Below, piece by piece: positions 1 through 9,148 of a stretch of 64,000 nt of DNA. The notes under the pieces were generated by a model. That model did not search any database and was not told the origin of the DNA. It saw nothing but the letters and a program-made list of their open reading frames with translations. Origin of the DNA: an uncultured Gammaproteobacteria bacterium (lineage in GTDB: Bacteria; Patescibacteriota; Microgenomatia; Levybacterales; GWA1-39-11). The stretch lies in contig CAYVFE010000001.1 in assembly GCA_964450885.1 (NCBI GenBank), positions 502,572 through 566,571 of the forward strand, in the 5' to 3' direction. Numbering within the stretch: position 1 is the first letter of the stretch; the number at the start of each line of letters is the position of its first letter. Position numbers and translations under genes: made by a program.

Positions 1-955
1 TCTGTCTATAATTTCCAAATATTTATACAAAAAGGGACATCAGGTGACAATCATTTGTGAGAAGCATGATAAGAGTCTTAAAAATATTGAGACCATAGAT
101 GGAATCAGAGTGATCCGTATTCCGATCTCCCATTCGGAAAGGAATAAGAAATTTGAGATTTGGAAATGGATTTTAAAAAACAGAGAACTAATAGATAGTT
201 TTGATGTAATCCATATCCACGATGTCTTTTTTTGGATTCTGCCATTGGTGTTCACTGTTAGAAGAGGTCATATTTATATGACATTTCATGGATACGAGGG
301 GTATCCTGTAAGATTCGGAAGTAAAATTCAGAAGAAAATAGCTGATATGTATAGCTCGGGAACTATTACTATAGGAGATTTTATTAATAAATGGTATGGT
401 TTGAAGTCTGATGCGGTAATATATGGAGGAGTTTTTAACATCAAAACAGGTTCAAATCGTCCAAAAAACCCTCTTTCCGCTATTTTTTTCGGAAGATTCG
501 AACCTCTTACAGGAATAGATCAATATTATAAAGCATACAAAATACTTAAGAATAGACATAAGACATTTGAATTTGAGGCTATCGGTAAAGGAAGGTATAG
601 GGATAAGTTAGAGGATATCTCTATTACACCATTTAAGTCAAAAATTACAGATCAGATTCAAAATAGCCGATTTATTTTTGTTTCAGGGTATCTTTCCATG
701 CTTGAGGCGATGATTCAAAAAAGACTTGTGATTGCAGTATATAATAATCCTCTAAAAAAAGATTATCTTTTGGATTCTCCCTTTAGAAAGTATGTGGATA
801 TATGTAGTTCGGGAAATGATATTGCAGAAAAGATTGAATTTTATATTAAAAATCCTAAAGAAGAGGAGAAGAAGATAGATAAAGCTTATTTATGGGCAAA
901 AGAGCAGACTTGGGAAAAGGTTGTCGATACGTACATCAATCTATGGCAAATATAA
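1..955 (+). CDS. Glycosyltransferase family 4 (GT-B), 5'-truncated by the window edge
   Basis: Frame is open from position 2 (LSIISKYLYKKGHQVTIIC); GHxV, DVIHIHD, TFHG, FFGRF, SMLEAM and C-terminal TWEKVVDTY are GT4 hallmarks. Confidence 0.85.
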   Translation, partial: LSIISKYLYKKGHQVTIICEKHDKSLKNIETIDGIRVIRIPISHSERNKKFEIWKWILKNRELIDSFDVIHIHDVFFWILPLVFTVRRGHIYMTFHGYEGYPVRFGSKIQKKIADMYSSGTITIGDFINKWYGLKSDAVIYGGVFNIKTGSNRPKNPLSAIFFGRFEPLTGIDQYYKAYKILKNRHKTFEFEAIGKGRYRDKLEDISITPFKSKITDQIQNSRFIFVSGYLSMLEAMIQKRLVIAVYNNPLKKDYLLDSPFRKYVDICSSGNDIAEKIEFYIKNPKEEEKKIDKAYLWAKEQTWEKVVDTYINLWQI

Positions 956-3504
956 AAAAATCCCTGATAGTTACTGTCTATAACGAAGAGTCGTCAATAA
1001 ACTCTTTATTAGATTCGATATATACACAATCAGAATTTCCACACGAGTTGGTAATTGTGGATGGTGGATCTTTAGATAAAACCTTTGAGCTTATAAAAAA
1101 ACACAAGTTAGCTAGTAAAATTAAAGTCAAGGTTCTTGAAAAAAAAGGGAATATTGCAAAAGGACGTAATTTTGCTATAGAGAATGCAACTGGAGAGGTA
1201 ATTGCGATAACTGATGCTGGATGCAGATTAGATAAAAAATGGTTTGAGAATATCACGCGTCCATTCAGCGATAAAAAAATAGATATAGTAGCAGGGTATT
1301 ACAGAGGAAATCCAAAAAGTAATTTTCAAAAGGCCTTAGTGCCTTATGTATTGGTTATGCCAGAAAAAATCAATGAGAGTGAATTTCTACCCTCCGCACG
1401 TTCGATGGCAATGAGAAGAGGCGTATGGAAAAGACTTGGGGGTTTTTCGGAAAAACTTAATCAATCAGAAGACTATGACTTTGCAAGACGAGCAAAAAAT
1501 ATATTTAATATAAAATTTGTAAGAAAAGCTATTGTTTCATGGAGTCCTAGAGAAAGTATATTTTCGGCATATAAAATGTTTTATAAGTATGCATATGGTG
1601 ATATAAAGGCGGGAATTTTGAGACCTAGGGTTGTTGGAATGTTTGCGAGATATTTGTTTGCTGTTCTGTCAATTCTTGCTGCGAGGTTTGTGTCATTCGA
1701 ACTTCCGTATTATCTCAGTGGACTTTATTTACTAACATATGGATTCTGGTCGATCCATAAAAATTATAAATATGTCCGAGATAAATCAGCAGTGCTTTAT
1801 CTTCCGATGATCCAGATAGTGTCTGATATAGCAGTTATGGGCGGATCATTGTCCTCAGCCCTGGTACGTATAGCTAATTTTTTAGTAGTTTTTGCAAAAA
1901 AAGAAAGGAGCACTTTTCTGGCGATTTTGCTATTTATAGTTCTGACGTTAAGTATTATTAAATGGGGACTTCCTAGTAGTAGTCATCCATTCATATATCA
2001 CATGGATGAATGGCATCAGCTCCAATCTATTCGTAATTTATTCATACACCTTTCGCCAAATATGGAAGGGTCCGCGAATGGACCAATTTTTCATTTTGGG
2101 TTGAGCGGGATATATGTAGCGGTTCTTTCTATTTTAGGATTAGTAAATCCGTTTGTTATCAATTCTTCACTAGATAACTTAAATGCGCAAAATTTATTGT
2201 TTGTATATCTACGGTTAAGCACATTATTCTTCTCTTTGGGTGCAGTAGGCTTAATAATTTATATTCTCCGGAAGCAGCTCAAGGTTTCACTGATCGTTTT
2301 GCCAGTTGTTCTCTTCCTATTTTCCCCATCATGGATATCATTAAGTAATTATTTTAAATACGATATAGCTCTTTTGTTCTGGATAATATTATCGATTCTT
2401 TTGATATTCAAATTTTCGACAACGCCTAATTTGAAAAATTATTTACTTGCTGCTCTTCCAGTTGCTTTGGCGATAACTACAAAAATCAGTGCTCTGCCTC
2501 TATTTATAATCTATGTTTTAGCATTTTTTATATATAAGGTGAAACCTCTTAGTAACTTGAGATATCTTTTTCTGGGGACCATCTTATTTTTGACAATCTT
2601 TTTTGTTCTGGGGGTCCCGGACCTATTCTTGGGAACAGGAGACTACCATGAATATTTTTACTCAAATTTAGTCTCTGCCCCTTCGGAGACAGCCAACTAC
2701 AAATTGGGAACGTCATACTGGATCTATCTTTTTACAAATCAAATTCCGGTTCTGTTTGGTCTGTCAATCGTAATCCTCTTTGTCTTTTCGTTGACTTATT
2801 TTACAAAGATAACAATAGCCTCAGGTATAAAAAATATATTTAAAACGAAAAAGAACGAGGTATTTATTCTATCTTCTTTTATCATCTTTGCGGTAAGTCT
2901 TATCCCATTAAAACTTTTTATCGTAAATAGGAGTTTGGTTATTTTGCCGTTTGTCGTTCTATTTATCGGATTAATATTTCAGAAATTTATTGACAATAAT
3001 GCAGATAGAAAAAAGATAGTTCTTTTTATTGTGAGTGTTTTACTAATATTACAGATTGTCCAAGGGTCTTCTTGGATATTCATAAAATATAGTGATCCAA
3101 GAGAGATATCGTCTAAATGGATACTGGAAAATATCGATAAAGGTTCGGAGATAGGGATAGAAAGTGTTCCTATTTATCAATTTCTTCCGGATTTAGTACT
3201 TAAAGAATACTATCAGTCAGAGCGAAATATTGATACAGATATGAATTATAAATATCGGATAATAGACGGTGAAAGTGAGGTCTTGCCGGAATACATAGTT
3301 ATCTCAAATGTTGATATCGCTGCAAGCTATATACATAAATCCCCGAAGAAGAGTTTGATTTTAAGGATGAACAAAGAGGAATACGAAGTCATTAAGGAGT
3401 TTAAATTAAAAAGAGAAATAAATGATTTGTTCGCGACCAGGTTAGATTTTTTCATAAGTCTGCTTTCACCGACACCAAACATCTATATTTATGGTAAACC
3501 TTAA
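943..3504 (+). CDS. Fusion of N-terminal GT2 (GT-A) and C-terminal multi-TM GT-C (ArnT/PMT-like) glycosyltransferase
   Basis: SLIVTVYNEE, VDGGSLD, TDAG, EDYDF in the first ~230 aa; later TM helix followed by YHMDEWHQ acidic loop and about 10 more TMs; ATG 943 overlaps the upstream stop. Confidence 0.8.
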   Translation: MANIKKSLIVTVYNEESSINSLLDSIYTQSEFPHELVIVDGGSLDKTFELIKKHKLASKIKVKVLEKKGNIAKGRNFAIENATGEVIAITDAGCRLDKKWFENITRPFSDKKIDIVAGYYRGNPKSNFQKALVPYVLVMPEKINESEFLPSARSMAMRRGVWKRLGGFSEKLNQSEDYDFARRAKNIFNIKFVRKAIVSWSPRESIFSAYKMFYKYAYGDIKAGILRPRVVGMFARYLFAVLSILAARFVSFELPYYLSGLYLLTYGFWSIHKNYKYVRDKSAVLYLPMIQIVSDIAVMGGSLSSALVRIANFLVVFAKKERSTFLAILLFIVLTLSIIKWGLPSSSHPFIYHMDEWHQLQSIRNLFIHLSPNMEGSANGPIFHFGLSGIYVAVLSILGLVNPFVINSSLDNLNAQNLLFVYLRLSTLFFSLGAVGLIIYILRKQLKVSLIVLPVVLFLFSPSWISLSNYFKYDIALLFWIILSILLIFKFSTTPNLKNYLLAALPVALAITTKISALPLFIIYVLAFFIYKVKPLSNLRYLFLGTILFLTIFFVLGVPDLFLGTGDYHEYFYSNLVSAPSETANYKLGTSYWIYLFTNQIPVLFGLSIVILFVFSLTYFTKITIASGIKNIFKTKKNEVFILSSFIIFAVSLIPLKLFIVNRSLVILPFVVLFIGLIFQKFIDNNADRKKIVLFIVSVLLILQIVQGSSWIFIKYSDPREISSKWILENIDKGSEIGIESVPIYQFLPDLVLKEYYQSERNIDTDMNYKYRIIDGESEVLPEYIVISNVDIAASYIHKSPKKSLILRMNKEEYEVIKEFKLKREINDLFATRLDFFISLLSPTPNIYIYGKP

Positions 3505-3507
3505 TGT

Positions 3508-4731
3508 ATGGGTTATTTCGGACAAACTATTAAAGGCATTTCATGGATAGGGGGGCTAAGAGGAGTGACCCGTGGATTGGCGTTTGTCAGGATTTTGATT
3601 CTGGCTCGGTTGTTGACCCCTTCTCAATTTGGTTTGTTTGGGGTAGCATCTTTTATGCTCGCGCTCGTAGAGGTTTTTACCGAAACAGGTATAAATATTT
3701 TCTTAGTTCAGCGGGAAGGTAAGATAGATAACTATTTAAGCTCTGCGTGGATAATTTCAATTTTTCGTGGATTCATAATTTTTACAGTCATACTCGTAAG
3801 TGCACCATTTGCATCTAGTCTTTTCAATGCGCAGGATGCTCTGGGTCTACTTATTCTTATAGCTTTTGTGCCTTTAGTCAGGGGTTTTATAAATCCAGCA
3901 GTCGTTTTGTATCAGAAGGAGTTGAGCTTTCATAAAGAATTTTATTTTAAGGCAACAGTATTATCATTTGAGGTTGTTGTTTCAGTAATACTAGCCTATC
4001 TACTGCGGTCTCCAGCAGGGCTTATCCTCGGACTTATAGCAAGCGCTATTTTAGAAGTCTTTCTTTCTTTTCTTTTAATAAAATCAAGACCTACATTTAA
4101 ATTTGAAAGAATGCGGTTTGTGGAAGTTTTGCATACTGGTAAGTGGGTTACAATATCAACAATTTTTAATTATTTATACCAGAATGTTGATGATATGGTA
4201 GTTGTGAGATTTTTGAATACCACAAGTCTGGGATTTTACCAAATGGCATACAAGCTTGCGATGCTGCCGATAACAGAGGTTGCAGATGTTGTAGGTAGAG
4301 TAACATTTCCTGTATATGCTAGAATTTCCGGAGATAAAAAGAGACTAAAAAAAGCATTTTATAAGACCATAGCAGCAAATTTAATTCTCTCCTCGCCTGT
4401 AGTTATTGTGTTTATTATATTTCCAAATCAAATAGTTCTATTGATTCTGGGGGAGAAATGGCTAGGTGCCGTGCCTGCATTTCAGGTGTTAGTGTTTTTT
4501 GGACTCGCTAGAGCAGTTACAAGTCCAGCGACGGTATTACTTCTGGCGTTAAAGAGGCAGGATGTTGTCGCAAAAATATCACTTGGCACCTTTTTGTTAA
4601 TGGCCTTGACGATTATTCCTTTTGTCACGATTTGGGGGATTTTTGGAGCAGGTCTCTCATCAGTTTTGGCGTCCGTCATTATGATCCCATTTGCGTATTA
4701 TTTCTCTCTTAGATACTTCTCGGATAAATAG
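3508..4731 (+). CDS. Wzx-type polysaccharide flippase (MOP superfamily)
   Basis: ILARLLTPSQFGLF, LGFYQMAYKLA, VTFPVYA, LGEKW motifs; about 12 hydrophobic segments. Confidence 0.85.
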   Translation: MGYFGQTIKGISWIGGLRGVTRGLAFVRILILARLLTPSQFGLFGVASFMLALVEVFTETGINIFLVQREGKIDNYLSSAWIISIFRGFIIFTVILVSAPFASSLFNAQDALGLLILIAFVPLVRGFINPAVVLYQKELSFHKEFYFKATVLSFEVVVSVILAYLLRSPAGLILGLIASAILEVFLSFLLIKSRPTFKFERMRFVEVLHTGKWVTISTIFNYLYQNVDDMVVVRFLNTTSLGFYQMAYKLAMLPITEVADVVGRVTFPVYARISGDKKRLKKAFYKTIAANLILSSPVVIVFIIFPNQIVLLILGEKWLGAVPAFQVLVFFGLARAVTSPATVLLLALKRQDVVAKISLGTFLLMALTIIPFVTIWGIFGAGLSSVLASVIMIPFAYYFSLRYFSDK

Positions 4732-4753
4732 TAAAGGAGTTTTTACCAGCAAA

Positions 4754-6181
4754 TTAATTTATTTTTTCTCCCACTATGACTACATATGTAAACAGGTCTT
4801 TAACTCCAAAATGAAATCCTGTCAGCTTGAAGTTTGAGTCTGCCATAATCTTTCTTATTTGAGATTTAGATTTGACTTTGGTTATTTCATGAGGATGGAG
4901 ACGAATATTTTTTTTCAATATGTTGTTGAGCAGAAAGTGTATCGAATTAAGAAAGATTACACTAAGACCAAAATATGGAGGCCAAAAAAGTACGATTTTC
5001 GAGTGTGATTTTAGTACTCTGTTGAATTCATCCAGAGTCTTTCTGATCTCTTTTTTATCCAGGTGCTCCATTACGCCTAGATTGTAGATGCCGTCATATG
5101 TGCTATTTTTTGCTGGAATTTTCATAATACTTCCATGGAGTATTTTGCAATCTTTTCCGTAAAGATGTTTGTATCTGTTTAATGCCTCTGCAGAGATATC
5201 AAGGGCAGTAACATCCATTATTTTTACTATATCGCTATCCACCTGACCACCTCCGCAGCCCGCATGCAGTATTTTTGACTGCATTTTGTAAGTTGATTTT
5301 ATATGCTGATTTAATGCAGGTTTTATAATGAATTTTCTATAAAACACAGCTAAAGTGTCGTAGAAAATTTTTCTTTTGTTTCTATCCATTTTCCAATATG
5401 CATCCCATTCCTTTTCCACGGTGCCTTTTTTTTGATGCGACTTAATACTTGCTGGATGCCAGATATATGAGTCACGGTAAATCTTTGATAGGTATGCAGT
5501 CTGAAATAGGAATTTAAAACTGTACCACGCGTCAGATATTTTCATCTTCGACGACCCGTAGGTTCTGGCAGAAAGTTTTACTGGAACTTCTTTAACCTTA
5601 TACCCGTTAAGAATGAGGATAAACAGGCTTTCAAAAAAAAATGAGTATCCTGTAGACGTTATGAGCTTAAATACCTCTTTGTCCACTTTTTTTAAATTGT
5701 AAAGCCTGAAAGCGCTAGTGGCATCAAAGGGAATGTGAAGAATTTTTTTAGTCAAGAAGTGTCCAGTTATGGCTAGTGTTTTGCGGAATATATTCCAATC
5801 CGAGATTCCATCACTTTTCATATAGCGGGAAGCGATTACTATATCTGATCGGCCCTTTTTATCGATGAGTTTTTTTATAGTTTTTGGGTTATGGGTAAAA
5901 TCTGCATCCATCGTAATAAGGGTCTTGTACCCTTTTTCGTAAGCGTATCTTATTCCATCAGCATGAGCACTTCCGATGCCCAGCTTACTTCCTCTTTTAA
6001 TCAATTTTATATGTGCATCTTTTTTTTGAAGTGCACTAATTTTTTTAGAAGTGCCATCTGGAGAGTTATCGTCGATAAAAAGAATATCTATGCTGGGCAA
6101 ATATTTTTTAATTTTCAAATATAAGGGTTGAATATTTTCTACTTCTTTGTAGGTGGGAATAAGTACCAGAGTATTGTTCAT
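4754..6181 (-). CDS. Polyprenol-phosphate glycosyltransferase (DPM1-like GT2) fused to a class I SAM-dependent methyltransferase
   Basis: LIPTYKEVENI, IDDNSPDGT, MDADFTHNP, DATSAFRLY, GSSKM in the N-half; ILHAGCGGG, ALDIS, GVMEH, RVLK in the C-half. Confidence 0.8.
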   Translation of the reverse strand: MNNTLVLIPTYKEVENIQPLYLKIKKYLPSIDILFIDDNSPDGTSKKISALQKKDAHIKLIKRGSKLGIGSAHADGIRYAYEKGYKTLITMDADFTHNPKTIKKLIDKKGRSDIVIASRYMKSDGISDWNIFRKTLAITGHFLTKKILHIPFDATSAFRLYNLKKVDKEVFKLITSTGYSFFFESLFILILNGYKVKEVPVKLSARTYGSSKMKISDAWYSFKFLFQTAYLSKIYRDSYIWHPASIKSHQKKGTVEKEWDAYWKMDRNKRKIFYDTLAVFYRKFIIKPALNQHIKSTYKMQSKILHAGCGGGQVDSDIVKIMDVTALDISAEALNRYKHLYGKDCKILHGSIMKIPAKNSTYDGIYNLGVMEHLDKKEIRKTLDEFNRVLKSHSKIVLFWPPYFGLSVIFLNSIHFLLNNILKKNIRLHPHEITKVKSKSQIRKIMADSNFKLTGFHFGVKDLFTYVVIVGEKIN

Positions 6182-6271
6182 GAATCTTAATAAGTACGGA
6201 TATAAAATCTAATAATTCTAACAAAAGATAAAATTAATTTCTATGCATCGATTGCATATTTTTGAATAGAA

Positions 6272-7498
6272 TCATACAATTTCCAGCGCCGGCAAAGGAA
6301 AAATGAAATGTCCTCCCGATTTTAGGTAATCTTTTTCACGTTGCAAAAATTCTTCTTTAAAGAACCATGGAAGTACTAGCATATAGTCTGGTTGTTCTTT
6401 TCTTGCTTGATCTTCCGAGATAATGGGGATGCCTACAGAAGCAATATTTGTTCCCCATTTTTCGGGATTCCTTTCGACGGCCTTATCAATAAGCTTGTTA
6501 TCCAGATCGAAATATTGAAGTAGTGTATTTCCACGGGTTGACGCACCGTAAATATAAATCTTCTTTCCATTCTCGTGTTCCCTTTTTATAAATTCATAAA
6601 CGTCTTTTTTAATTGATTTTATTCTTTTTGCAAAGTCTGTGTATATTTTTTGCCTTTTTAAATTTATAAGACTTTCGAGCTGCAGCTGCTCACGAACATA
6701 ATTTGTTATTGGAAACTTATCCTTTTTGCAAATATATGTTCTAAAGCTCCCTCCATTAAGGTCTCTTAATTCCAAATCAAATACTTCTAAGCCATGTTGG
6801 CCTAACAGGTTTTGAAGAGAGGTTAAAGAATAGTACTCTAGGTGCTCATGAACTATATTATCGAATGCGTTTTGAGTAAGCATTTTAACGAGATAGTTTT
6901 GCTGTATTACAAAAACCCCATCATCTTTTAATATTTTGATTACATCAGACACAAATTTATTTGGGTGCTCCATATCATAGAAACATGAAATCGCTGTTAC
7001 TATGTCTGCTTTATTATTGACTAAAAAAGGACTAACTGATTCATAATTAAAAAAATCCGACACAACTGCATTGGCGTGTTTTTTACTATACTTTGCAAAT
7101 TTCTTTATGGGGTCAACAGCTAGTCTATAGTAGCCTTTAGGATAATTTGAAAGCAACGTTCCATCGTTTGCGCCAATATCAACCACTGTAAGTTTTTCTT
7201 TCTTCCCTGCGATTTTTAGGGTTTTTCTGACTACATCAGATAACTCGTCTTGCATCGTCTTGTTTATTCCGGATTTATAACCATAATTTTCGCTATAAAG
7301 TAGAGAAGTTGGGGCATTGTGTTTTAGTTGCAGGAGATGGCAGTCTTTGCAAAAGATTAGTTTTAAGGGAAAGCTTTGAGGCTTTTTATTGCTTTTGGTG
7401 AATTCAGAAAGATACAATTTGCCTAAATTTAGGATGGTTGAAAGATTTTGCGATTTGCAGGACCTACAGTATCTGATCGATATATCTTTACTTTTCAT
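6272..7498 (-). CDS. NDP-hexose C-methyltransferase family (Zn-binding N-terminus, SAM domain, C-terminal domain)
   Basis: CRSC...CKDC, VDIGANDGTLL, FDNIVHEHLEYYS, GGSFR, YGASTRGNTLL, PDYMLVLPWFF; ATG 7498 preferred to TTG 7516. Confidence 0.85.
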   Translation of the reverse strand: MKSKDISIRYCRSCKSQNLSTILNLGKLYLSEFTKSNKKPQSFPLKLIFCKDCHLLQLKHNAPTSLLYSENYGYKSGINKTMQDELSDVVRKTLKIAGKKEKLTVVDIGANDGTLLSNYPKGYYRLAVDPIKKFAKYSKKHANAVVSDFFNYESVSPFLVNNKADIVTAISCFYDMEHPNKFVSDVIKILKDDGVFVIQQNYLVKMLTQNAFDNIVHEHLEYYSLTSLQNLLGQHGLEVFDLELRDLNGGSFRTYICKKDKFPITNYVREQLQLESLINLKRQKIYTDFAKRIKSIKKDVYEFIKREHENGKKIYIYGASTRGNTLLQYFDLDNKLIDKAVERNPEKWGTNIASVGIPIISEDQARKEQPDYMLVLPWFFKEEFLQREKDYLKSGGHFIFPLPALEIV

Positions 7499-7609
7499 CA
7501 ATTTTAATATCGTCAATTATATATTAAAAATACTGTAAAACAAATAAGAAGCTCATCGTTAAAGTTGGTATAATCACTAGGTAAATACGTGAGCACAGGG
7601 ATTTAATGC

Positions 7610-9148
7610 ATGAAATATAAATATATTGTTATTATTCTAATCTTTTGTTTTTCTCTATTCATAAGGCTGGCGACTTTAAATCAGATCGGAAGAACATGGG
7701 ATGAGCCTCAGTTCATAGAAGAGGGATATAGAATGGTGGAATTATTTAAAGCAGGGGATTTAAATAATAGTTTTTTTTATACGACTTACGATCACCCGCC
7801 ACTTATCAAATACATATTTGGAATTACATCGTATCTTGATATAAAAGAAACGAAACCGAATGGCGATGTTATTTTTAATTATGATTACACTTATTCTAGA
7901 ATATTATCTGCGACTCTCTTTTCTATAGGCGTGGTAATGACGGTGCTTTTGGGGTGGAGACTGTTTTCACCATTTGTGGGGGGTATTTCAGGTGTTATTC
8001 TGGCTATGCTGCCATTTTCTGTTGGTCTTTCGCAATTAATCAGTGCGGAGAGTTTGAAGATATTTATCTATCCTATTGCAATTTATTCAATTTTGTTGCT
8101 TGTTGAAAAGTTTTCATTAAAAAGAGCTATAGTTGTTGGGTTAATAATAGGCATCGCTCTTCAAGTCAAACAGTCAAACGGTTTACTGTTCCTGGTGCTC
8201 GTGGGCATGCTGATAATTAGATACTTTAGTTTAGGTAAAAAGAAAAGGCTAGGATACATTAAGAGTAGGATTGCTGGATTTTTTGTAGTAGTAGTCGGCA
8301 GTATGCTTTCCTTTATAGCGCTGTGGCCTCAAGCGATATTCAATTTGGACAAGATTTATAAGATTCATGACAAATTTTGGGGTGTTGAATTTTCTCCAAA
8401 ACCATGGCTTATTACGATGTCTGTACCCGAAGTTTTCTTTGGAAGACTGATCATAACGCCGAATTTTTATTATCTTGTCTATTTTTTCATAAGTACACCA
8501 GTGGTTATTTTAGCCCTGTTTTTTGTAGGTATTTGGAAGATAGTAATGTCAAAAAACTGGAAGCTTTATATTCTGATTATTTGGTTTTGTGTTCCTTTTC
8601 TCCTATCTCTTTATTCATGGAGACAGCATGGGCTTCGATATCTTATTGAAATTTATCCAGCCTTAGCGCTTATTTCCGCTATAGGATTTGATTCTTTGGC
8701 CAGTAGGCTTACTACCAGCCTTCGCAATAAAGCGTTGATATTTGGACTAGTTATTATTTATCTTTTCGCATCTCTTTTATACGTGAAACCATATTATTTA
8801 GAGTACTATAATGAATTAGTGGGGGGTACAGGTAATGTTTACAGGAATAACTGGTTTCAAATAGGCTGGTGGGGACAGGGATTAAGAGAGGCTGGTCTAT
8901 ATATAATCAACAATTCTGAAAATGATTCTGAGATAGGGCTTGCTATTTCTCCCGATCATGTTTTGCCCCGTTCTGAAAATTTAATTTACTCAGATTTTGT
9001 GGAATCCAAAAATTATGATTATGTAATAGTAAATCATTATCACATTATCCGTGATGGATTTGATGATAGCAGCATAAGGGCTGATTATAATTTAATTTAT
9101 CAGGTCAAAGCTGATGGGGCAACACTGGTCTATATATATAAGAAATGA
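7610..9148 (+). CDS. GT-C membrane glycosyltransferase (ArnT/PMT_2-like)
   Basis: TM1 followed by TWDEP, DHPPL, RYL motif and many TM segments. Confidence 0.8.
   Translation: MKYKYIVIILIFCFSLFIRLATLNQIGRTWDEPQFIEEGYRMVELFKAGDLNNSFFYTTYDHPPLIKYIFGITSYLDIKETKPNGDVIFNYDYTYSRILSATLFSIGVVMTVLLGWRLFSPFVGGISGVILAMLPFSVGLSQLISAESLKIFIYPIAIYSILLLVEKFSLKRAIVVGLIIGIALQVKQSNGLLFLVLVGMLIIRYFSLGKKKRLGYIKSRIAGFFVVVVGSMLSFIALWPQAIFNLDKIYKIHDKFWGVEFSPKPWLITMSVPEVFFGRLIITPNFYYLVYFFISTPVVILALFFVGIWKIVMSKNWKLYILIIWFCVPFLLSLYSWRQHGLRYLIEIYPALALISAIGFDSLASRLTTSLRNKALIFGLVIIYLFASLLYVKPYYLEYYNELVGGTGNVYRNNWFQIGWWGQGLREAGLYIINNSENDSEIGLAISPDHVLPRSENLIYSDFVESKNYDYVIVNHYHIIRDGFDDSSIRADYNLIYQVKADGATLVYIYKK

Noticed and set aside
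6242-6263. Small hairpin TATGCA-TCGAT-TGCATA followed by a T run
   Set aside because: Weak AT-rich stem whose T tract is on the strand opposite the flanking minus-strand genes; not supportable as a terminator
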